Shown in pieces: positions 44,931 to 50,731 of a stretch of 50,731 nucleotides of DNA. This stretch comes from a phage, in the sequence record PZ445412.1; one strand, 5' to 3'. Position numbers and translations under genes: made by a program. How positions within the stretch are numbered: position 1 is the first letter of the stretch; each line of letters begins with the position of its first letter. The notes beneath the pieces are model-generated. The model did no database searches and was not told the origin of the DNA. It was given only the letters and a program-made list of their open reading frames with translations.

Positions 44931-45103
44931 AACTAAAATGCATCGGTGAATATCCAGGTTTTACGGTTGGCAACATGTACAATGCAACAATCGGAATGGA
45001 TCACACATTTGGTTATGAATGCTATGTTGTCATTGATGATGATGGTGATTCACGTAGCATTGATTTCGAAACAGAGGATTTTATAGAGGATCGCTATCTG
45101 TGA
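44927..45103 (+). CDS. hypothetical small acidic protein (58 aa)
   Basis: ATG overlaps upstream stop (ATGA); acidic C-terminus. Confidence 0.35.
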   Translation: MKLKCIGEYPGFTVGNMYNATIGMDHTFGYECYVVIDDDGDSRSIDFETEDFIEDRYL

Positions 45104-45200
45104 TTGAAAACTATGATCCAATGGCGCTTGCTTGGGGGATTGGTGCTTTTATCGTGGCGGTTGTGATTTTCTTATGGGATATCAACAGGAGAGACAAATA

Positions 45201-45380
45201 ATGTATACATACGTTTTACTGATGGTTGTCATGGGCTATCAATCAGGCGGCGCTTTGAGTCATGAGTTTACCGGAATTGAAGCGTGTGAGAATGCAGCAC
45301 AGCAGATGAAAGAGAAGTTGGGGCGCAATCGTGATGTTGTTTATTCATGCGTACCGAAAAACTCAAGTCTCGTTAAATAG
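45201..45380 (+). CDS. hypothetical small protein
   Basis: Start MYTYVLL at 45201 with RBS GGAGAGA; stop embedded in box 45375-45396; a 26-aa hydrophobic peptide ORF (45121-45201) precedes it. Confidence 0.4.
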   Translation: MYTYVLLMVVMGYQSGGALSHEFTGIEACENAAQQMKEKLGRNRDVVYSCVPKNSSLVK

Positions 45381-45427
45381 CACTTTTTGCTAAAACTTGC
45401 TAAGGCACATTTGATAAAGTGTGCCTT
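45375..45427 (+). promoter_or_regulatory. conserved box plus class-B hairpin
   Basis: Box; hairpin AAGGCACA-tttgataaag-TGTGCCTT. Confidence 0.6.
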
Positions 45428-45453
45428 GTCGAGACAAGCAAGGAGAATGACGA

Positions 45454-45708
45454 ATGAAATATTACAGGTGCGGCAGTCTTATTTATCGTGACGATGGGGT
45501 TAATATTTTTGTTGCCTATTATGACAAGATGGAATTTTTTGAATCCATTTACACAAGGCGCGTTTTTAATTCAATGGTTGATGCCGGATTTATGAAAGAG
45601 TGCGAGCCACCAAAAGCGAAGCCGTTTTATAAAAATGTTGATTTCTGGCATAACGCCGTATTGATCACAATTCTGTTAATTCTTTCCGTGGGGTTTATTT
45701 TCTTATGA
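45454..45708 (+). CDS. hypothetical membrane protein (C-terminal TM anchor)
   Basis: RBS AAGGAGAA; C-terminal hydrophobic segment AVLITILLILSVGFIFL. Confidence 0.45.
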   Translation: MKYYRCGSLIYRDDGVNIFVAYYDKMEFFESIYTRRVFNSMVDAGFMKECEPPKAKPFYKNVDFWHNAVLITILLILSVGFIFL

Positions 45709-45887
45709 TGCTTGATAACCGTAAAGAGACTGAAAAAACGATCAGCTATCTGCGTGAGCTTGCCGATAGACTGGAAAACGGCGAAGTGGGATTAAATGAT
45801 ATTACGATTGAAGCGCGTAATATTTGTTGGAACGTTGAAGAAGAAACATTAACACTACAAACTGTTAAGGCGGTAAACAATGGCTAA
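45705..45887 (+). CDS. hypothetical protein
   Basis: 60-aa ORF coupled between membrane protein and kinase. Confidence 0.4.
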   Translation: MMLDNRKETEKTISYLRELADRLENGEVGLNDITIEARNICWNVEEETLTLQTVKAVNNG

Positions 45888-46455
45888 AATTATCATCCTA
45901 AATGCGCCTCCTGGTGCTGGTAAAGATACGATCGGCAAGATGATTTCAGTTTTCGCAGACGGTAAGCAATGCCGCATCATTAGCTTTAAAGAGCCAATGT
46001 TTGACATAGCGTTAGCTATCCTGGGTAAAGAGAACTATCAGCGCTTCATGTTGGCTTATGATGACAGAGAGCAGAAAGAAAGACCGCAAACATTCCTGAT
46101 GGGTATGTCGCCGCGAGAGTTCATGATCTGGATTAGTGAGGATGTGATCAAGCCTAAATTCGGAAGGGATTATTTCGGCGTAAGGTTTAACCAAAAGGTA
46201 AAAGAGTGCGATGCTCCTGTTGTTTGCACTGACGGCGGTTTTCCAGATGAAATTATCGCGCTAATCAATGCTGGTAATGAGGTGAAGTTATGCCGATTGC
46301 ATAGGGACGGATTCACGTTTGCAGGTGATAGCCGCAACTACATTCGAATCAATCCATACTACCAGAAAAACGGATATAGTGAGCACGATTACTTATTAAC
46401 CAATGAAAAGCCGATGATTACAGTTAGCGAAATCATTCGCGATCACCTTAAATAG
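45880..46455 (+). CDS. P-loop nucleotide kinase (dNMP kinase-like)
   Basis: N-terminal P-loop NAPPGAGKDT; stop embedded in box 46450-46471. Confidence 0.55.
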   Translation: MAKIIILNAPPGAGKDTIGKMISVFADGKQCRIISFKEPMFDIALAILGKENYQRFMLAYDDREQKERPQTFLMGMSPREFMIWISEDVIKPKFGRDYFGVRFNQKVKECDAPVVCTDGGFPDEIIALINAGNEVKLCRLHRDGFTFAGDSRNYIRINPYYQKNGYSEHDYLLTNEKPMITVSEIIRDHLK

Positions 46456-46501
46456 CACGAATTGCTAAAACTTGCGCAAGGCCATTTGATATAGTGGCCT
46501 T
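46450..46501 (+). promoter_or_regulatory. conserved box (GAATTG type) plus class-B hairpin
   Basis: Box; hairpin AAGGCCA-tttgatatag-TGGCCTT. Confidence 0.6.
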
Positions 46502-46535
46502 ATTCAAGAGAAGCAACCAATCAGAGGAATAACCG

Positions 46536-46733
46536 ATGAAAATTAAATGCACCAAATCAAACACCATGAATCTGACAGTTGGCGCGATTTACCATATGGA
46601 AGAAGGTGTAAACGGATTTAGCCCAACTGTTACGCATGAATACGGCGGTCACTTCTTCTTAAACGGTAAAGACGGATTATCTGTAAATGTTGGCTCTTTC
46701 GTTCTGGCAGAATTTGAGGTCGTGGAGGAATAA
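46536..46733 (+). CDS. hypothetical protein
   Basis: 65 aa; after box, hairpin and CAACCAATCAGAGG leader. Confidence 0.45.
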   Translation: MKIKCTKSNTMNLTVGAIYHMEEGVNGFSPTVTHEYGGHFFLNGKDGLSVNVGSFVLAEFEVVEE

Positions 46734-46735
46734 AA

Positions 46736-46900
46736 ATGTTTTGGATTCATTCGCCGCAAGGATTGCTTTATGTGCCTGGCGTTGAGTTAGAAGAGCGGCG
46801 CGACGGCGACACGGTGAACATCATAACGAAGGATTCAAAAGGCCATACACTAAAAACGTATGTTTTTAACACTCCGGTTAAGGTTGAAAAAGATGATTAA
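46736..46900 (+). CDS. hypothetical small protein (54 aa)
   Basis: ATG 3 nt after upstream stop; not in the 60-aa track. Confidence 0.35.
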   Translation: MFWIHSPQGLLYVPGVELEERRDGDTVNIITKDSKGHTLKTYVFNTPVKVEKDD

Positions 46901-47036
46901 GATGTGGTTAATATTTATCCTGCTTGTCATAATTGGCAATATTTTGATTGTCGCTAATTGTGTTCCTTTTGGTGGCGCTGTTTTGGGTATGGCTGGTTAT
47001 TACGTTGGGTATAAAGGGAATAAATTAGATGAATAG
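46893..47036 (+). CDS. tiny membrane peptide (47 aa)
   Basis: MIKMWLIFILLVIIGNILIVANCVPFGGAVLGMAGYYVGYKGNKLDE; overlaps neighbours. Confidence 0.35.
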   Translation: MIKMWLIFILLVIIGNILIVANCVPFGGAVLGMAGYYVGYKGNKLDE

Positions 47037-47274
47037 AAAAATGCTGGTACGCGCATTCGCAAAGATTGCTAAAAGATGGGGTGATTCAGCTAAAACACCT
47101 TACACGTTTGGCATGTACGGTTACAAGAATGCTCGCGCATGGGGTCGCATCATTACAGATAACTATGAATCCGAAATGCTGGAGGCTTACGCAAGCTGGA
47201 TTGATACACCGCTAAATGAATGGGGCCAGGCTGAATATGATTGTTTTGCTGATGAAGAAATTTCTTGCTGGTAA
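47029..47274 (+). CDS. hypothetical protein
   Basis: 81-aa ORF. Confidence 0.4.
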   Translation: MNRKMLVRAFAKIAKRWGDSAKTPYTFGMYGYKNARAWGRIITDNYESEMLEAYASWIDTPLNEWGQAEYDCFADEEISCW

Positions 47275-47286
47275 GGAGACTAAACG

Positions 47287-47799
47287 ATGAAAGCTAAAAA
47301 TGATTTTTATAACTACCTGACGAAAGGTCGTGACTATACCGTTTTGAATAGCATTGATACTCTTTACCTGGTTGTTGCTGATAATGGCGTTAGAGTTTGG
47401 CTTGATAAAACGCTTTTCGAAAGCGAGCACCTAAGCAATGCAAAGCGAATAGCAGATGAAGCAAGCGCATTAGCAGAGCGTGAACGAATTCGCGATATAG
47501 TAGCGGAGCAGGTTAGAAATTCTTGTTTGCCTGGTGGCGATATCTTCAAATCAATGCGCGGTGAAATGACGGTTGGAATTAAAGATCGCGTAATTGCAAA
47601 ATCAGTTGATTCTGTAATTGAGAATGCGAAATTCAATGCAATGATTGAATCGGAGCCTAATGAATACATCAAAGTGCTGGAACAATTGCGCGAAGTATTG
47701 CGAGTGCCGGATGGTGAAAACATTGTGACTCATGCAAAGGTTGTAAGAACGTTGGCTGATGCTTTGCTTGACGTTTATCCAGGAATGAAGCGCAAATAG
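47287..47799 (+). CDS. hypothetical protein
   Basis: 170 aa, RBS AAGGAGA; stop embedded in box 47794-47815. Confidence 0.45.
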   Translation: MKAKNDFYNYLTKGRDYTVLNSIDTLYLVVADNGVRVWLDKTLFESEHLSNAKRIADEASALAERERIRDIVAEQVRNSCLPGGDIFKSMRGEMTVGIKDRVIAKSVDSVIENAKFNAMIESEPNEYIKVLEQLREVLRVPDGENIVTHAKVVRTLADALLDVYPGMKRK

Positions 47800-47845
47800 C
47801 ACTTTTTGTTAAAACTTCCGCGAGGACATTTGTTAAAGTGTCCTC
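47794..47845 (+). promoter_or_regulatory. conserved box plus class-B hairpin
   Basis: Box; hairpin GAGGACA-tttgttaaag-TGTCCTC. Confidence 0.6.
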
Positions 47846-47871
47846 ATTGAAGCGAAACAGAGGAAAACGCA

Positions 47872-48084
47872 ATGAAAATCAAAATCACCAAAATCGACAC
47901 TATCAACGGCGACGGCTCAATCACTCTTGAGCAATGCGGGTTGGTTATCGGGGATGTTCTGGAGGTTGACGGGCATTTCAGCGACGGATCTTATTGTGTG
48001 ATTGCGCCGCGTAACAGCGAGTTTATCAAAGCTGGCGACAATATCAGTGTTAACCATGATGAATGCGAGGTTGTAGAAAAATGA
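47872..48084 (+). CDS. hypothetical protein
   Basis: 70 aa; after box, hairpin and GAAGCGAAACAGAGGAAA leader. Confidence 0.45.
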   Translation: MKIKITKIDTINGDGSITLEQCGLVIGDVLEVDGHFSDGSYCVIAPRNSEFIKAGDNISVNHDECEVVEK

Positions 48085-48413
48085 TTCAGATTAACCTATC
48101 AGAAGAACAAGCGAAATCATTGTTGCGCGGCCTGGGCTGGCGAATGGGTAGCGGTAGCGAGGCGGTTGTAAACATCAAAGAGGAAGTAGCAAAAGAGCTT
48201 TTTGCACAGCTTGAGCATAAACTGATGCCAACCTCAACAAGCGCGGCGGAGTTGGCAGTGTGGCGGCATGAAAACGGCCTTAATGAAATGGATGTTGAGA
48301 AGTGGAAGCGTAAAAACTGTAAAGAGGTTGTAAGCGTTCCAATGGATGTTGTTAGAAAAAACCAACTTCCTTACTATCCGGCTTTTGAAGTTATCATGAA
48401 TATAGGTGGTTAA
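48081..48413 (+). CDS. hypothetical protein
   Basis: Start MIQINLSEEQ at 48081 overlapping upstream stop. Confidence 0.4.
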   Translation: MIQINLSEEQAKSLLRGLGWRMGSGSEAVVNIKEEVAKELFAQLEHKLMPTSTSAAELAVWRHENGLNEMDVEKWKRKNCKEVVSVPMDVVRKNQLPYYPAFEVIMNIGG

Positions 48414-48414
48414 A

Positions 48415-48756
48415 ATGATTTACGTTCACACTTACGGGATCGGGAAGTTTGCCAGCAAGCAGATCCGAAACATTCACGACACGCATGATGAAGCGGAAGC
48501 GCAACGGCGCGTTTTGGGTGGAGTGGTTCAGGCGTTTGAATCAGTGGAAAACTTAGAAAGCGAATGGATGGAGCGCGAGAACATAAAGGATCTGATTGTT
48601 GATGAGGTGTCATGCTTGATTGATGATCTCACAACTGATGCGCCAGGGTCGCCGAGAAACTATGAGCCAGGCTCAACGCAATGGGATTGTTGGAAGGTCA
48701 AAACGCTAAGCAACATCCGTGATATTCTGGACGGAAAATTTAACGAAATTGAATAG
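48415..48756 (+). CDS. hypothetical protein
   Basis: Start MIYVHTY 2 nt after upstream stop. Confidence 0.4.
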   Translation: MIYVHTYGIGKFASKQIRNIHDTHDEAEAQRRVLGGVVQAFESVENLESEWMERENIKDLIVDEVSCLIDDLTTDAPGSPRNYEPGSTQWDCWKVKTLSNIRDILDGKFNEIE

Positions 48757-48941
48757 TGTTTAAAGCGCCTCAATAGCATTCTAATAGGTGCTAATTTTGG
48801 AAAGGTGATTGTATGCCTAATTACATAAACCTTCTCAGTGGTGCGCACAGAAGCAAGAGGAAGCACTAGAGCGCGGCGACACTGACACAGCATTACATTA
48901 CTTTGAAATGTACCAACTTTGGAAATCAAGAGGACTGTAAA

Positions 48942-49169
48942 ATGTTTGGATTATGCGAAGCACAATTTAACATCGTTAAACGCGCTGCAAAGGCTTGTGC
49001 TGATGATGTGAGAAAAGAAATCAAGAGAGGCAGCAAATACGATCAGATAGCATCAGGCATCATAACCAAACATCACGCACAGGTTTCGGTGTTGATTACA
49101 AGGTTGCGCTTCATCTGGCTTGTTGGTTATCTCGAGGGTCGTTATGGTCAATCTGGCGAGTACGAATAA
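48942..49169 (+). CDS. hypothetical protein
   Basis: Start MFGLCEAQ at 48942 with RBS AAGAGGA. Confidence 0.4.
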   Translation: MFGLCEAQFNIVKRAAKACADDVRKEIKRGSKYDQIASGIITKHHAQVSVLITRLRFIWLVGYLEGRYGQSGEYE

Positions 49170-49351
49170 TAGCCAGTTGGTTCAAGTAAGGTTGACGGCG
49201 TGTTGTCTGATTGGTAGATTAAACGCCGTGAACATAAGATGTGTTTACACACAACGCGCGGCGCGATAGCCGTAAAGCCAAATCGGATGGGATTGCATTG
49301 CAAATGACCGTCGCGGGAGCCGTAACCCGCAACCACTCAGGAGATTAATTT

Positions 49352-49561
49352 ATGAAATACACTTTGCTTTTCAAAGAAAGAGTTTTGCATCCTGGTAGCG
49401 ATCTTCTTGTTAATCGCGTAATTGTTTCAGAAAAAGATTTCGATATTGATGTTCAAAGGGATGGTGTCATAATCTCAAACAAAGAAGATACAAAAGCGTT
49501 TTCATTCCCCAAACACAACATCATTCAGCTTATCGCAGAGGAAGAAAATAATGCAGAATAA
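49352..49561 (+). CDS. hypothetical protein
   Basis: 69 aa, RBS CAGGAGA. Confidence 0.4.
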   Translation: MKYTLLFKERVLHPGSDLLVNRVIVSEKDFDIDVQRDGVIISNKEDTKAFSFPKHNIIQLIAEEENNAE

Positions 49562-49712
49562 AGAGATTGCAAAGGTAACTATCATCGTTGAGCGTGACGG
49601 CAAGAAAACGCGATATAAAAAGAGATTTAAACAAGGTGAGGCGATGTTAGGCCGCGTTGGTGATTTCATGGTGAAGTTGCAAGAGGATAAACCGGATGAA
49701 ATTCAAGGTTAA
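49551..49712 (+). CDS. hypothetical small basic protein (53 aa)
   Basis: ATG overlapping upstream gene end; Lys/Arg-rich. Confidence 0.3.
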   Translation: MQNKEIAKVTIIVERDGKKTRYKKRFKQGEAMLGRVGDFMVKLQEDKPDEIQG

Positions 49713-49878
49713 ATTAACTATCCGGCGCATGGGTCGCAATTGCGGAACATGTAAGCAAGATTTCGAATGCGAGGTTGATGCTTTAGGATCACTTGAGGCA
49801 GCAGCCAAAGCCAAAGAACTTTCAGGCGCTAACCCTGAAACGCACCAATTTTCAATCAATTATGTGAGGGCTATATAA
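49696..49878 (+). CDS. hypothetical protein
   Basis: 60 aa with CxxC (CGTCKQDFEC). Confidence 0.35.
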   Translation: MKFKVKLTIRRMGRNCGTCKQDFECEVDALGSLEAAAKAKELSGANPETHQFSINYVRAI

Positions 49879-50108
49879 TGCTGATGTTTATTGCTGGATT
49901 CGGTTTTTGTGCGCTGATTTGCTTTTTTGTTTATCTTTGCGTTTCCTGGGGTGTTCGTGCTTGCGTAAGAGATAACGAACTGGTTATTGCCGTATACAAA
50001 AACAAAAGCGATGTTTGGGAAATTACACGAAATTACGAAAAGATTGCTGATGAAATTGCGTTTCGTCGCAAGTTTGGCAAGCCTGGAAGCATTAAGTACA
50101 TCGACTGA
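49878..50108 (+). CDS. hypothetical membrane protein
   Basis: N-terminal TM segment MLMFIAGFGFCALICFFVYLCV. Confidence 0.4.
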   Translation: MLMFIAGFGFCALICFFVYLCVSWGVRACVRDNELVIAVYKNKSDVWEITRNYEKIADEIAFRRKFGKPGSIKYID

Positions 50109-50124
50109 TGCAACGCCAAAAGAT

Positions 50125-50150
50125 AACCCGCCTTGTGCGGGTTTTTTTGT
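50125..50150 (+). terminator. rho-independent terminator upstream of terS
   Basis: CCCGCC-ttgt-GCGGG followed by TTTTTTTGT. Confidence 0.6.
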
Positions 50151-50195
50151 GCCTACAATTTAGCTATAATCACGCCTCAACAGGAGGATTTTATT

Positions 50196-50720
50196 ATGGC
50201 TAAAAAAACAGAAGCGCCAGCGGCGGAAAGTCTAAACTTTAAAAAGTTATGGAATAAGCGATATTCCGATCTGGTAGGTAGTGAGATTGATAAACGCGCA
50301 ACGCTAACGCCGGAACAAGTCATGAACCTGATTGTTCAGTATTTTGAGTGGGCGGAGTTAACCGCCATTAAAGCAGGTGAAACGGCATCCTTTCAGGGTC
50401 GAGTGTATCAGGATACGATTCACAAGCCGCGTATTTTTACATGGGAAGGGTTAAAGCTGTTTTGCGGTTTTTCCGGCACAGCACTAGCAAAGTGGAAACT
50501 TAAACCAGGCTATGATGTTGTGATCGAATTTGCTGAGTCTGTAATAAAAGAGCAGAAATACCAGTTAGCCGCAAACGGAATGATTAACAGCACCATGATC
50601 GCAAAAGAGCTTGGCATTGATAAAGGCGACACGTTCAATATTAGCGCCAACGCAAAAGAGCAAGACAATACAGAAGAAGCGATGAAAAACGCAGTCGCAA
50701 GCGTCCTAAGCAAGATTTAA
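50196..50720 (+). CDS. terS: terminase small subunit
   Basis: Start MAKKTEAP at 50196 with RBS CAGGAGGA; immediately upstream of terL across the window junction; terminator and promoter-like element upstream. Confidence 0.6.
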   Translation: MAKKTEAPAAESLNFKKLWNKRYSDLVGSEIDKRATLTPEQVMNLIVQYFEWAELTAIKAGETASFQGRVYQDTIHKPRIFTWEGLKLFCGFSGTALAKWKLKPGYDVVIEFAESVIKEQKYQLAANGMINSTMIAKELGIDKGDTFNISANAKEQDNTEEAMKNAVASVLSKI

Positions 50721-50731
50721 AGGTGAATGCT

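Noticed and set aside
47364-47723. 119-aa minus-strand ORF in the rightward block
   Set aside because: Antisense to the 47287-47799 gene, which has RBS and box context; the block is uniformly plus-strand.
49170-49351. 180-bp gap with AGCCGTAA repeats and a 62-aa minus-strand ORF (49148-49336)
   Set aside because: The minus ORF is antisense in a plus-strand block with no RBS; the repeats are short and could be chance; noted as possible regulatory or leader sequence but evidence is insufficient.

Overview
The window reads as a complete, circularly permuted genome (50,731 bp) of a virulent T1-like siphovirus of enterobacteria (Drexlerviridae-type architecture); this is inferred from gene content and order only, no database search was possible. 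The small terminase gene ends 11 bp before the window end and the large terminase starts at base 1 with its ribosome-binding site at the window end. Modules: terS/terL, portal and head genes (1-8700); tail genes including a G/GT chaperone with a -1 frameshift, tape measure and a J-like central fibre (8720-19402); recombination genes (exonuclease, Erf-like, SSB; 19863-22462); a minus-strand block with a side tail fibre, primase and HTH protein (22475-28138); helicase, VRR-NUC, Dam methyltransferase and a lysis cassette (28227-34855); a leftward operon of about 20 small genes (34869-41573); and a rightward block of small genes with a HAD phosphatase and a P-loop kinase (42305-50108). No integrase, repressor module, tRNA or CRISPR array was seen. 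The most striking unexplained signal is a family of at least 18 copies of a 22-bp intergenic box (AAATAGCAC-TTTTTG/GAATTG-YTAAAAC), always co-oriented with the downstream gene, usually containing the stop codon of the upstream gene and followed by a hairpin whose stem co-varies while a TATAAT-like loop is conserved. Two large AT-rich non-coding regions (19403-19862 and 41610-42304) share a ~100-bp duplicated segment; the second also carries tandem palindromes, a GATC cluster and 10-bp-phased ATTTGA iterons. All functional calls rest on motif recognition by eye and are provisional.
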